Shown here piece by piece: positions 37,114-51,224 of a stretch of DNA of 64,000 bases. The DNA is from Dipteris shenzhenensis (taxonomy: Eukaryota), in NCBI GenBank assembly GCA_047967505.1, contig CM106538.1, one strand, 5' to 3'. The notes below the pieces were generated by a model. It had not been told where the DNA came from. It did no database searches and saw only the letters and a list, made by a program, of their open reading frames with translations. Numbering within the stretch: the first letter of the stretch is position 1; the number at the start of each line of letters is the position of its first letter. The position numbers were made by a program, and so were the translations under genes.

Positions 37114-37700
37114 TCTCTTTCTCGCTCTCTTTCCTCTTCCTGACTCTGTCTTTTCCTTCTTTCCCTCCTCTCTTATTTTCTCTCTCTCCTCTCTTTCTTG
37201 CTCTCTCTTTCTTCTTCCTCGCTCTCTCTTTCTCTCTTTTTCCCTCTCTCTCTTTCTCTTCTCTCTTTTCCTCTCTTTCTCTCCTTTGTTCTCTCTTTTT
37301 CTCCTCTCTTTTCCTCTTTCTCGTTCTCTCTTTCCTCTTCCTCGCTATCTTTTTTCTCTCTTATTTTCTTTGTCTCCTCTCTTCCTACTCTTATTATCTC
37401 CTCTCTTTCTCTCTTTCTTTCCTCTTCCTCCCTCTTCTCTTCCTTTCATTCTTTCCTGTTTCTCCCTCTTTCTTTCCTTTCTTCCTCGCTCTCTCTTTTC
37501 CCTCTTTCCCTCCTCTCTTTTCCTCTATTTTCTCTCCTCATTTATTTTCTTTCTCTCCTCTCTTTTCCTCTCTTTCTCTCTTTTTTCATCTCTTTCTCTC
37601 CTCTCGTTTCCTCTCTTTCTTACTCTCTCTTTCCTCTTCCTCACTCTCTCTTTCCTCCCTCATGCTTTTCTTACTTTTTGCTTTTCTATCTTTTCGTGTT
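35826..37700. repeat. ~1.9-kb polypyrimidine (CT-rich) low-complexity tract with degenerate sub-repeats
   Basis: Almost entirely C/T on the plus strand; recurring ctcctactcttctttctcttctctcttttcctc. Confidence 0.95.
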
Positions 37701-37739
37701 TCCATCTTTCCTCATTTTTTGTCTTTATGTGAACTTTCC

Positions 37740-39663
37740 ATCTTTCCATCACGGACTTTCACAGCTAATAAAGTTATAAATCTTTCCTGGCACACTTTTG
37801 CCAGTAGTGGTCAATGGCATGAGACAATAATGAAATGAAGATTACAAGGGATGTGCCAGTGGAGCAGTGATGATATGGCAACTGGATATGCTTGCAGAGT
37901 GACTGTGTGCTTGTAGGAGATTGCCACGAGACAGGGCTGATGTGGACCTTTGACTTGGTCAAAGCTAAGGTGGCAGTGATGAGTCAGTTGCTATGATGAT
38001 GTGTCAGGGGTGATGTGGCATTGATAGCTGGTAGATGACATGGCATGCCACCATGGCAAATGATGTGGCAAGATAAGGTTGATGATAGGGATGTCCGTGA
38101 TGATGTGGTAGCAGCGGGATGTTGCTGACATGGTACTGGGGATAAGGCTGCCATGTGGCAAACATTTGACCACACCTTTGTGTGTGGTGACCCTAGTGAT
38201 AAGATGGAGGTGCTATGCCACATGTCAATAGGAGAACGGCCAGAATCTTTAGGATTCTGATATAATCTTAAAGATTCTATCATCTTCCACAGCAGATGTA
38301 TTCGGTTGTCTTTTGTGTCCTATTCGTTTGAAGCCCTGGAGCTTGGAGTCAAGGCATATGGCTATGGCGTTGCTTTGTGTATGGAGACGATTGCTTGAGG
38401 GTAGTCGTGAGATAGGGCTAGAGTGCAATCTATAGTTGGTTGAAGCATTGGAGGTAGCTAGTTTGAAGAAGCTTGGCGCTTGTCTTCAATTTGTGTTGGA
38501 GGCGCTGCCATTTGGAGGTCTAGAAGCTTTTCTGTGAAGCTGATGGCATCCTTTGTTGGAGCTCTAGAGCACTGCAAGCTTGATTTCTTAGTCAGCTAGC
38601 TCGTTTGATTACTTGAGATTTCGAGGTTATCTATGAGGCTTTCCTTAACTGCATTTGGAGATGCCGGCTCGTTGTGGATCAATGGCTAGAGATTGGATTG
38701 CAGGTGAAAGCTCATTGTAGGCATAGCTAGTCGCCTATGCTTGAATGGCATTGTAGATGCTTTAGACTCATTGTTGGCGAGTCACCCATGCATTTGGCTT
38801 CAGTCGTAGGAGACTGGACCACTAAAGCGCTAGCAGAGAGACGCGAATGTCTCCTACACATAGATGGAGGTCCCGTGTAGAAGGCACAACTGGTTGGAAA
38901 GAGACGGGCTATGTGAAAGAGATGGGCTACATGTGGATAACCTGAAAGAAGCAAGTGGAGCATGATTCAAGTCAATCAGTAGGCTCGTGATCTATGATAT
39001 CAAAATCAAAGGCTACCTGGAGAAGAACAAGATCAAGACACTCTGAAGGTCTCCGATTCGTGTCCGAGTGCTAGGACATGCTATGTAAAGGACGTTGGAG
39101 GATGCGAGGATGGCTCTTTGTGATCCAAAGGAGGTCTGTCACAAATCTCTCTTTGAAAGGCTCTCCCTATCTCTCTCAGAAAACAGATCTCGGGGTCTTC
39201 AAAAAACTCTCTCATAAGGTGGTGAATATGTCACAATCACTTAAAAGAAATGAACTCTCAACCCTCACAAGTGAAATCTTTCTCTCTTTCTCTTGAAGAA
39301 GAAGAACAGTAGATATCTCTCTCTCACAATATGAATAACCACTCAATCGCTCAAAGAACTCTCAAGAAAATGAATGGACAAAAATTCCTCTCAAATAGAT
39401 GGAATTTTTCTCTATCACTCAATAGAAACATTTCATCACCATAATGAAAGATCAATCACTCACTCTCAATCTCTCAATCAATCGATTGGTCTCTATCTCA
39501 CTCTCAAGGGTTGCAATGCCTCAGTGGAAGGCAAGGGAGCTTTGATACCATGCCAAAATATGAAGAGGGGAGAGGAGAAAAGTGGAGATGAGGAGAGAGG
39601 GCATAGCTAGAGAGCACACCACAAATGACTAACTGTACGCTAGATTTAGTTGAAAATGTAGAA
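37740..39663 (-). mobile_element. Remnant of a non-autonomous LTR element (partial LTR 39551-39663, PBS 39539-39550, degenerate internal region)
   Basis: The reverse complement reads ...cttcatattttggca-TGGTATCAAAGC. The LTR segment matches 42374-42486. The left limit is approximate. Confidence 0.7.
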
Positions 39664-39669
39664 CAGAGC

Positions 39670-42250
39670 ATTTTTTTTTACGGTTGCGTAAAACACTTAT
39701 TGAAAAATGGACTTTATGGCAACTTTGACCATCCAAGGAATATCCGATAGGCATGATAATTAACACATGCCCCAAAATAGGTGGTATTGATGTGGGTGTA
39801 AAGTATCTTTTTGATCAGGTATATGTGTGTTCAGATAACACATCTGAGAGCGTATTTTCTTATGGGTGTGCATAACACTTTGTGAAAAGTAGGATTTATG
39901 GTGACTTCGACCATACAAAGTGTATTCGATGGGAAAAATACTTTACACACACCTTACCATAGGTGGTATTCATGCACATATTAAATATAGCACCCATTGG
40001 GTATGTGCACATTCAAACAACACACCCGAAGCATCTTTTCTTACGATTGTGCATAAGACTTGGTGAAAAACAAGTTTATGGCAACATTGACCTTACAAAG
40101 AATATCCAATGGGCAATATAATTTATATGTGCCTCAAAATAGGTGGGATTGATGCACATAAAAAGTATCATGTCCATCGGATATGATTTGGATGGTTGAA
40201 GTCACCATTAAACTCCCTTTTTCACCAAGTGTTGTGGAAACCCATCAAAAAACATGCTCTAAGGTGTGTTATTTGAATACGCACATGATTCCCATATAAA
40301 TTTAGGTGCATGCAAATTATCATGTCCATTGAATACGCTTTGGATGGTTAAAGTCACCATAAACCCCGTTTTTCACCAATTGTTAAGCAAAATCATCTAA
40401 AAACAAGCTCTAAGGTGTCTTGTTCACACACGCACATACCCAATGAGCATGATACTTTGAGTTCATGTTATTACCACCTATTTTAAGCTGCATTTACATT
40501 ATTGTGTCCATGGGATATGCTTTGGATGGTTGAAGTCACCACAAACCCCGTTTTTCACCAAGTGTTATGCACACCTCTCAAAAAATACTTTGAGGTGTCT
40601 TACTCGAGGGTGCACATACCCGATGGGAATGATAATTTGCACATGCATGAATACCACCTATATTGAGATGCGTGCCAAGTATCACTCCCATCGGATATAC
40701 TTTGGATGGTCGAAGTCACCACAAACCCTATTTTTCACCAAGTGTTATGCACACCCGTCCAAAAACACACTCTGAGGTGTGTTATTAAAATGTCCACCTA
40801 GAAGATGGGAATGATAATTTTTACACAAATCAATCCAACCTATCTTGAGTCATGTGCCTATTATCATGCACATCGTATATGCTTTGGATGGTTGAAGTCA
40901 CCATAAATCGCATTTTTCACACAATGTTATGACACCCATAAAAAAACATGCTCCGAGGTGTGTTATTCAAATGCACACATACCCAATGGGAATGAAAATT
41001 TTCACATGCATTAATATCACTTATTTTGAGGTGCTTTCAAGTATCATGCCCATCGAATATGCTTTGGATGGTCGAAGTCACCATAAACCCTGTTTTTCAC
41101 TAAGTGTTTTGCACAATGGACAAAAAACACATTCTGAGGTGTGTTATTCAAACATGCACATACCCTATGGGCATGATTCTTTGCATACACATGAATCCCA
41201 AATATGTTGATGTGATTTCAAAGTATTGTATCCATCAAATATGCTTTGGATGGTTGAAATTTCATAAATACCATTTTTCAGCGTGTTATGCATACCTCTT
41301 AAAAAACATGCTCTGAGGTGTATTATTTGAATGCGCACATACCCAATGGAAAAGATACTTTGCATACACATGGTTCCCACATAATTTAAGTTACATGCAA
41401 AGTATCATTCCCATAAGATATGCTTTGGATGGATGAAGTCCCCACAAACCCTCCTTTTTACCAAGTCTTATGCACAACCGTCAAAAAACACGCTATAAGG
41501 TGTGTTATTCAAACACACACATGTTTGTGTGTCAATTTTTCTGATATTAAGGTGCATGCTAAGTATCATGCCCATTGGATATGCTTTGGACGATTGAAGT
41601 TGCCATAAATCCCTTTTTAACTAAGTGTTTTGCACAACCATAAAAAAACACGCTTTGAGGTGTGTTATTTGAATGCGCACATACTCTGTTGGAAGGATGG
41701 ATACTTTGCATGTGAATAAATCCTACCTATATTGAGGTGCATGCAAAGTATCATGTTGATTGGATATGTTTTGGATGGTCGAAGTCGCCACGAACCCTGC
41801 TTTTCACCAAGTGTTATGCACACACTTGAAAAAACACGCTCCGAGCTGTGTTATTTGAATGCACACATACCTGATGGGAAGAATACTTTGCACACACTTG
41901 AATCCCAAAAATGTTGAGGCAAGTGCAAAGTATCATGCCCATCAGATATGCTATGGATGGTCGAAGTCACCACAAACCCCGTTTTTCACCAAGTGTTTAT
42001 ACATATTCATCTCATAAAATAGTATCTGAGGTGTGTTATTCAAACGCATACATATGTATGGGCATGAAACTTTTCATGTGCATGATTACCACCTAATATG
42101 AGGTGTATACAAAGTATTGTGACCATTAGATATGCTTTGGATGGTCGAAGTCGCTATATAAACCCCATTTTTCACCAAGTGTTATGCACAATATCAAGCA
42201 AAAAACATGCTCTGAAGTGTGTTATTCAAATATGAGGTGTGTTATTCAAA
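39670..42250. repeat. Second, more diverged array of the ~182-bp satellite family; orientation flips at ~40140
   Basis: Shares gaccat..aaag.atatccgatgggc, ggtggtattga, ataacacac(c/t) and gtgcataacac with 230-6335. About 3 monomers forward, then about 11 reverse. Confidence 0.9.
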
Positions 42251-42264
42251 TATGAACATAATCA

Positions 42265-44040
42265 TGTTGAGAAACCATGCTCAACATAATGTGATCATAC
42301 CACTAACCCAATACAATGCTATAAAGGAAAGGGTTAGATGCCCTAACCCTAACCCTAAAAGGGTTTGTATATATTCTACATTTTCAATTAAATCTAGTGT
42401 ACAGTTAGTCATTTGTGGTGTGCTCTCTAGCTATGCCCTCTCTCCTAATCTCCACTCTTCTCCTCTTCCCTCTTCATATTTTGTCATGGTATTAAAGCAT
42501 GGTTCTACCTTCCATTAAGGTGCCATCCTTGTGTGAGAGATCGAGAGATCGAGTGATTGAGTTTCCATTATTTCATTTTGTTGATGAAAGATATCCATTC
42601 TTCTGAGAGATATTTCAGTCCACCCATGAGAGATTGAGAGGTTTCCATTGAAAGAGAGAGTTCTTTTGAGCATTTTTCGTTGAGAAAAAGAGAGTGAGAA
42701 CTTCCCTTCAGTCTTCAAGAGCTTTCATCAATCAAAATGAGTGCTGACAGTCTGAATAGTTATGCCTTAAGGACCTTTGCTCTATAGCAACAAAAGACCT
42801 TCGCCATCAACAACCTTCAGCAACTCCTATAGCTAGCTCAAAAAGCTACTCCAACGAGCCCATACTATGAAGCCCAGCTACTCTTCCTTCGACTAGAGAC
42901 TCTAGGAGCTTAGACTAAGTGGCTCCTTTGATAGTACTCGAGTAGGTGCCTCCTAAGCTTCACCAAAAGCTCAGCCTCACAATGACTCCAACTACATGGG
43001 GATAAGCAGCATCAACGACCATAGTGAGATGATCTACTAGCTTCCACTAGGGTGACTTCTACATCCCAACCACATGAGCTGGCCTCCAACTCCATGACAA
43101 AAGCCTCTTTTAGCTCTGCCACAACAACAACAGCCAGCAATGACATCTAGCCACAAAGCAATGATATCGTGCAAACCAACTCGACTTAAAAGCTCCCTCA
43201 TCCCGAGTCGAATTAGAAGCTCCCTCATCCTATAAATCAACTCGACTTAGAAGCTCCCTCATCCTGGCGGCTAGCAATGACATCCAGCCACATGACGAAG
43301 CAACGATCTCTTGCAAACGGACTCGACTTGGAAGCTCCCTCATCCTAGCGACTCCTACAATAGCCGGCTGACTAGCAACACTTCCATCTGGTGCTCGATT
43401 CAAGGGCAGCTCCAGCCTCACATCTTCAACCACCTATGTGCCTCTAAGGCTCAACCCTCCTTTCCAGCAAACATAGCTCATCTCCAGTTGCTAGCCATCG
43501 AGTCATGCAGCTGATGATGATTACTGGCTTCTCCAACCATAGTTCATTCTCTATTCCTTGTTATAAAGCCAGCACAAGAGACTCCATTCTCAAAAGCAAC
43601 ACCTTTGAGCCTCTAAACTGAGCTCCAACATCAACTTCCCTACAAACAACAACACTCCAAGCATCGTACCATGGCCAACTAGCATCAATGGGTCTCCTTT
43701 GAAATGCATCATTGACTATTGATTTGGGAGCGAGCTGCTCTCGAATCACCAGCAAATCCATTGACCTTCAAGCTCAATGAGATTTGCAGTGCCTCATACC
43801 ACCGGCAAGCTCCAGCTCACGGGTCTCCATCAACCACCTCTGACACAGAGCGAGCATCTCATCATGGCACTCCTCCAATTCCCCTACTCCAAGCAAGGCA
43901 TGCAATGCAGTGAAGCCCACGGATCCTGCAACATAGACTAGCAATGAGCTATTAGCCACCGATGACATGTCCTCGCAAACGGCCTCTCTAGCATTACGCT
44001 CCAATGCTCAGCTCCCACAAACAAAGCGTCGAACAAGATG
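42265..44040 (+). mobile_element. Remnant of a non-autonomous LTR element (LTR ~42265-42486, PBS 42487-42498); no 3' LTR found
   Basis: TGTTGAGA...TTTTGTCA followed by TGGTATTAAAGC. The internal start resembles that of the minus-strand remnant. The right limit is approximate. Confidence 0.7.
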
Positions 44041-44289
44041 GAATGGTATAGCAAGGCAATGTTTCTCTTAATGCAATATTATTATGATATAATGTATGAG
44101 TAATGCCCTTGTTCTTTTAATGCAATGGTCTCACACTTAGTACATGGCAATATTATATTCAAGCTATTCCAATATAATGATGTTGTTTAGCAACCTGCAA
44201 TGTTGTTATTATAATGTAATGTAAATATAATTAATACAATGTCCTTGGAATACACATAGCATGACAAGCTATCATCTTCTAATGCTATG

Positions 44290-44853
44290 TGTAGTAGCAC
44301 TAGTAGTAGCACCAACCACTAGCAAAACAGCACTAACTATTAGCGGCATCCCTAACCACTAGTAGCAGCACCGAGCAACAACACCAACCACTAGGAGTAG
44401 CACTAACAATAGCACTAGAAGCAGCACCAACCACTAAGAGCTGCACTAACAACATCAACAGAAGTAGCACCAATCACTAGCCGTTGCACTAGCAGAAGCA
44501 CTATAGCAACTACACCAATCACTAGCAGCACTACAGTAGCACTAGCAGCACCAACCACTAGCAACAACACTATAGCAACTCCACCAACCACTACCAATAG
44601 CATTAATCACCACTAGGAGCAACATCACTAACCACTAGCAGCAACCAATCACTATATATATGTCCTTAAAAGATGGTAGCCATTTAGAGTATGAGAAAAG
44701 AACCATTATAAGAGGGATGTAGGCCAAAATTATAGCAACTCACACTACTGTAGCAATAAGGGACAATATGTTTATCAAATCAACTACTATTATATGATGT
44801 CAAGGATTATGTATATGTATATGTATATGTATATATATACATATATGTATATG

Positions 44854-44919
<66 letters not shown>

Positions 44920-45107
44920 AATGTATATATTTATATATATATGTATATGTATATATATATATATGTATATGTATATGTATATATATATGTATATGTATGT
45001 ATATATATATGTATATGTATATATATGTATATATGTATATATATGTATATATATATAGTATATGTACATATGTATACAAGATATATGTATATATAGAGAT
45101 ATACATG

Positions 45108-45155
<48 letters not shown>

Positions 45156-45168
45156 ATATGTACATATA
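44290..45168. repeat. Low-complexity (ACTAGC/AGCACT/ACCACT) tract at 44290-44650 and (TA)n/(TATATG)n microsatellite at 44806-45168
   Basis: Seen directly. Confidence 0.93.
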
Positions 45169-45797
45169 TTCAATGTTATAAGGACATACATGAAAAGAAA
45201 GGAAAACATGTGTATACATGAAAAGCGTGGATGAAGCTTTCAATATTTATATCCATGGAATGGAAAGAAATATTTGAGATTGATTAACAAAGCCTTTTAA
45301 AAGACACATCAATACCCCTTTCAATTAGTCCTTACTATAAGGATCCAACATAATTTTATGCTTGACCCTACAATCACATATATGCATATATAATTCATAT
45401 GTAAAAATGTAAAAGTACATATGCAGATATACACATATCCATATATATATGTAATTGTAGGTTCAAGTATAACAACCTACCTCCACATCTCGGAGGTGGC
45501 ACAGTGTAAGATTTGGGTGGTATAGAAAGCACAAGAGGGTGCTTGTACTATCATATGAGTTCAAGTCATAGTACCCCCTATCTCTCTTGTATAATCTATG
45601 AGTTATTCACTCCTATAAAGCCAATAGAGTAGCGCAGTCAGAGATTCACCGCATTTATGTCTCTTTTCTATAGTCCACAAGGGGTATTCACTCTTACCAG
45701 GATAGTAGGATACTGTGGTCAGAGATTAATCCCATCCTTATCCGTTATAGTTAAATTTCATCTTCTTTTAAAATATCTTTTTCTTTGTCAATATTTC

Positions 45798-48700
45798 TGT
45801 TGAGATATCAAGCTCTACCCCCGATATATCTCCTGGATGACTATCATTTATGTCACCGCCTATGTTAGTTGTACTCATGGTGTAGTTAGACTACCATGTA
45901 TGTTTTTGGTTTGGGTTCACATATGAACCACGTATTCTAGGTTTTGACATATAGGGTATTTCCCTCTTCTATTGTATTGTTGTTGTGTGCAAAAGTGAAG
46001 AAAGTCTTCACCATCCAACCTTGTGTCCTCTCTCTTTTGTGTGTTGTGAAGAAAGCTGAACTTGAGTCTCCTATCTCTCTCCCTTATTCTTTACATGGTA
46101 TCAGAGCCTTGTTCGTGGTAAGGAGCTCAAGAAAGCAAGCCAAGTTTGTGGTGTCCTGGTAAGAGGACCAGTGTTGCTTCCCTATTTCGAGTTTGGGAGC
46201 AAATCTCTGCAGGTAGCACAGCCAGAAGTGCAGGAGTGCACTGTTTCAGATTGAGAGGCCCTTCGCGGTGTGGCGAGAGCGCAGTATATGCTGCGGGCGA
46301 GGGCGAAGCCCTTTGGTGACTTTATTTTTTTGATTTGAGGCCATTTCGGGGCCCGTTTTGCAGTCGCAAGTTCTTCGCAGGCACTCAAAAAAAGGCCCTG
46401 TTTTTCGCTGTGCGACCACTGCGCGGCTAGTCGGTGGAAAGGTGCCACAGAAATTGCATCGTATGCCTGTGTGCAGAGATATTGGGAGTTGCAGATTCAT
46501 GCCTGTTTCCTGTTGATGCAAAATCGTCACTAGGAAGTGACTGTGTGGTGAAATACCACTTTCGTCAGTGTTGCGGATCTGCCCCTGTGAGGCTGTTTGC
46601 AGAAGTTTTGCTATTTGCCCTTGTGAGGCATTTGCTGTGTTTACAGGTTGCTGTTGCAATTCGTGATTTGTAAAATGTCTGAGAATCTATCTACCATTGT
46701 CAGTGAGAAGCTTGACAAGAACAACTTCCAAGCATGGAAGTTCAGGATGACAAACTTCCTTATGGGAAAGGGAGTTTGGGATTACATCAGTGGTGAAACT
46801 GCAGAACCAGTTTTGGGTACTGCTCCCACTCCTGCTGAATTGAAGGCCTTTAAAGAATGGCATGAAAAAGCCAGAAAATGCCTGTATTGGCTGTCTGTTT
46901 GCATTTCAGATTCTATGATTGTGCATATACAGGATGTAGAGACGCCTAAGGAGGCATGGGATACATTGGTGAAGCTGTATAGCACAAATACCAAAGCACG
47001 AAAGAAGCAGCTAAAGCAGGAGTTGCACAATGTGCAAAGGAAAAATCTGAATATAAATGAGTATTCCCTAAAGGTGAAAGGCCTTGCAGATTCTCTTGCC
47101 TCCATTGGAGCACCTGTTGATGATGAGGACTTAGTGTCCGTGACCTTGAATGGTCTTGGGAAAGATTATGCACAGTTTCGGACATCCATTGGAGTCCGTG
47201 AAACATTTCCTGATTTTCAGGAACTTATTGCTCTCTTGCTGAGTGAAGAGCAAAGGAATGGTGGTTCAGCCACCTCAACTTCTCAAGAGACTGCTTTCTA
47301 CTCGAATACAAGTAGAGGCAGGGGTAGAGGAAGAGGCCGTTTTGGTGGCCGTGCAGGAAATCAGAACCAACAACAACAACAGGAAAACCAGTCCTATGGA
47401 GGAGGACGTGGTAGTTCTAGAGGCAGGGGGAGCCAAAGAGGCCGTGGTTCATGGCAAAGGAACCAGCAAGTAAATAGCAGCACAGAATGCTATTATTGTG
47501 GAAAGCCTGGACACAAGGAGAATACATGCTATAAAAAACAGAATGACATCAAAAGTGGGAAGTTGCAGCAAAGCAACTATGCATCATCAAGTGGGCATGG
47601 TGACGACAGAAATGAGCACCTTTTTGTGATGCAGCATATGGTTAACTCCATGTCAGGAGATGCTGCAGCTTGCAATGATGTTTGGTATGTTGATTCAGGT
47701 GCCTCTAACCACATGACCAGTCATGGTGAGTGGTTTCATGATGTTAGAAATTTGGATAAGCCAGGTTATGTTGAAACAGGTGATGATACTGCGCACCCAA
47801 TTACACAGGTTGGTAAAGTGCCATTGGCTATGCAGGATGGCAAAACGAAGTACTTGGCAGATGTACTTCATGTTCCAAAAATCACTAAGAGCAGATGGTT
47901 GAGCAAGGTCTGCAGGTTAGATTTAATCCTGATGGATGCTTTGTTGAGGACTTGAAAAATAAGTGCCGCTTGGTTGCGAAAGGCAACAAAAATGGCAGAA
48001 TGTTCACCTTGGATGTTGATATGCCTGAGGTGAAAGCTGCTATGTTTGCGCATGGGAGAGGTGTCATTGCAGATATTGAGATATGGCACAAGCGCATTGG
48101 GCAAATGAATATACAAAGGCTGAAATCTATGCAAACGAAAAACATTGTTGCAGGTTTGCCTACATTCAGAGTTGAGGGACATGCATTTCCCAAAATTGTT
48201 AAGGTGAGCAGAAGACCTTTGGAAGTGATCCATTCAGATGTTTGGACAACCAAAGCTGCTTCTATTGGTGGATGCCATTATTATGTGACGTTTATTGATG
48301 ACTACACTAGGAAGGTTTGGATTTATTTTATGAAGCACAAAAGTGAAGTGTTCAGCCATTTCAAGGCTTTTAAGGCCATGGTTGAAAAAGAGAAAGGTGT
48401 GCATATTAAAGTGCTAAGATCTGATGGAGGGGGAGAGTACTTTTCAGAAGAATTTTGTGAATATCTGAAAGAACAGGGAATTCAAAGGAAGTACTCATGC
48501 AGGTCTACCCCTCAGCAGAATGGGGTTGCAGAAAGAAAGAACAGGCATATTGCAGAAGTAGGACGGGCGATCCTAAATGAGAAAAACATGCCTGATTATT
48601 TTTGGGCTGAAGCAGTAGCAACTGCTGTTTATATTATGAACAGAACCCCCACTGCAGCTGTCCATGGCATGACACCTGAAGAAATGTATATAGGCCAAAA

Positions 48701-51224
48701 ACCAGATATTTCTCACTTGAAGGTATTTGGTTGCATAGCTTATGTTCATGTTCCTGATGAGAAGAGAACAAAGCTGGATCCAAAGGTAGAAAAATGCATC
48801 TTTATTGGATATGCTCTGCACCAGAAAGGGTATTGCTGTTATAACCCTTCCACCCGCAAAATGCAAGTGAGCAGAGATGTTGTTTTTGATGAAATGAGCA
48901 GCTGGTATGCACCAACTGTTATGGTAGGAGATGCAGATGCAGGAAATGGGAATGCTGCAATAAATGCAGAGCAGCAATCTCAAGCCTTGAGTGGACCCAG
49001 AGAGTCCTCTACTAGTGGATCTAATGCATGGACAGGGAGATTGAGATCTAGTGAATCGTCACATGGCAGCCCTGATAGTGTTGTGCAGGTATCACATAAG
49101 GGAAAAGAAAAAGTAGACCATGCTCCAGTGTTTGATGTGTCTGCTGGTAGCTCTCATGTTGATGGAGAGTCAAGCGGCTCTGAAATGAGCCTTGATGAGG
49201 AACTTGGGATTCCTTCTGTTGTTACACCTGGTGCAAGGAAAAGCAGGCATGATTTAAAGACGCCTGCAACTGATCCAGTTGTACGGAGGTCCACTCGTAT
49301 TAAGTATCCAGTTGACAGGCTGAGATATGATGGGTATATAGCACATCACTATGCTTATATGGTCAAGGTTCTAGAGGAGCCAGAGCCCACATGTTTTGAG
49401 GATGCAGCAGGGCATAAAAATTGGGAAGCAGCTATGGATGAAGAGATGGCTGCCTTGGATGCAAACCACACTTGGGATTTGATGCCTTTGCCTCATGATA
49501 AGAAGGCTATTGGCTGCAAGTGGGTTTACAAAGTAAAGCACAATGGTGATGGGTCTGTTAGCAGGTACAAGGCAAGATTGGTTGCCAAAGGTTTTGCACA
49601 GACATATGGAATTGACTATGAGGAAACTTTCAGCCCAGTTGCAAGGATGGCAACCGTGAGAGCAGTAATTGCTATGGCTGCTGCAAAGGGATGGTCTTTG
49701 CATCAGATGGATGTGAAAAATGCCTTCTTGCATGGTGATTTGCAGGAAGAGGTTTATATGATGCAGCCAGAAGGTTATGAGGATAATTTACACCCCGATT
49801 TTGTATGCAGGTTGCGCAAAGCCTTGTATGGCTTAAAACAGGCGCCGAGGGCATGGTCAGACAAGATAGGGCAATATCTTGTCACTATTGGATTTCAGAT
49901 TTCCAATTCAGATTTTTCACTTTATGTGAAAAGGACAAACAGAGGGATTGTGCTTATAGTCATCTATGTTGATGACTTGATTATTACAGGTGATAGTGAT
50001 GCAGACATTAATGAAGTGAAGCTGCTGTTGAAGCAGAAATTTGAGATGAAGGATTTGGGAGAGCTGCGTTACTTCTTGGGCATTGAGGTTATTAGATCCC
50101 CGAGTGGGATATGGCTGTTGCAAAGGCAATACGGTTTGGACATGCTGTCCAAATATGGGATGACAGGCTGTAAGCCTATTTCTGTTCCATTGGAGCAGAA
50201 TGTGAAGCTCAATGCAGAGACAGGTGAGCTTCTTGAAGATATTACTATGTACAGGCGCATAGTAGGTAGCTTGATTTACATGACTATAACCAGACCAGAT
50301 TTGAGCTATGCTGTGGGGCTGGTGAGTCAGTTTATGCAGGCACCGAGGAAGCCACATTTGGATGCGGCTAGGCGCATACTGCGGTATGTGAAGTCCACAT
50401 TGCATTATGGACTGTTTTATGAAGCTGGGTGTGCATTACAGGTACATGGATACACAGATGCTGATTGGGCTGGTAGCGTCTCAGACAGGAGATCTACTAG
50501 TGGTTTTATGTTTTCCCTTGGGAGTGGTGCCATCAGTTGGAGCAGCAAGAAGCAGCCAACAGTTGCCTTGTCGAGCACAGAGGCTGAGTATAGGGGTGCA
50601 GCAATGGCTGCATGTGAGGTAGCTTGGTTACGGAAGCTACTTGCAGATATGGGATAGTCAATTCATGCAGCAGTTGTCATTCATTGTGACAACATTAGCA
50701 GCATCATGCTTGCTAATAACCCAGTTTATCATGCTAGAATGAAGCACATTGAGGTGCATTATCACTTTGTGAGAGAGAAGGTTCTAGCTGGTGAGATTGA
50801 TCTTGTCTATGTCAGCACTGAGGAGCAGGTGGCTGATATTTTTACGAAGGCATTGGGTACCGAGAAGCTTCGCAGATTTAGGAGCTTGCTTGGTGTACGT
50901 GAGATGGATTTGAGCTTGAGGGGGAGTGTTGAGATATCAAGCTCTACCCCCGATATATCTCCTGGATGACTATCATTTATGTCACCACCTATGTTAGTTG
51001 TACTCATGGTGTAGTTAGACTACCATGTATGTTTTTGGTTTGGGTTCACATATGAACCACGTATTCTAGGTTTTGACATATAGGGTATTTCCCTCTTCTA
51101 TTGTATTGTTGTTGTGTGCAAAAGTGAAGAAAGGCTTCACCCTCCAACCTTGTGTCCTCTCTCTTTTGTGTGTTGTGAAGAAAGCTGAACTTGAGTCTCC
51201 TATCTCTCTCCCTTATTCTTTACA
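45798..51224 (+). mobile_element. Ty1/Copia LTR retrotransposon, full length (298-bp LTRs at 45798-46095 and 50927-51224), TSD ATTTC
   Basis: TG...CA LTRs differing at 3 positions by eye, PBS TGGTATCAGAGC at 46096-46107, PPT GAGGGGGAG, ATTTC at 45793-45797 and 51225-51229. Confidence 0.98.
46675..50969 (+). pseudogene. Copia gag-pol (Gag, zinc knuckle, protease, integrase, RT, RNase H), disrupted
   Basis: CYYCGKPGHKENTC, WYVDSGASNHMT, IHSDVW, LRSDGGGEY, QMDVKNAFLHG, YVDDL, YTDADWAG. Frameshifting deletion at ~47890, in-frame loss of the CEAC segment at ~48178, stop at 50655. Confidence 0.96.

Noticed and set aside
35783-37838. Long ORFs (up to 567 aa) rich in Ser/Leu/Phe
   Set aside because: By-product of a stop-poor CT tract, open in several frames, with no domain features.
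44794-45243. Tyr/Ile/Met-rich ORFs
   Set aside because: Translations of a (TA)n/(TATATG)n microsatellite.
48573-50405. Antisense ORFs within Copia pol (mirrored at 57344-59942)
   Set aside because: Shadow ORFs of the pol frame, conserved only because the two copies are nearly identical.
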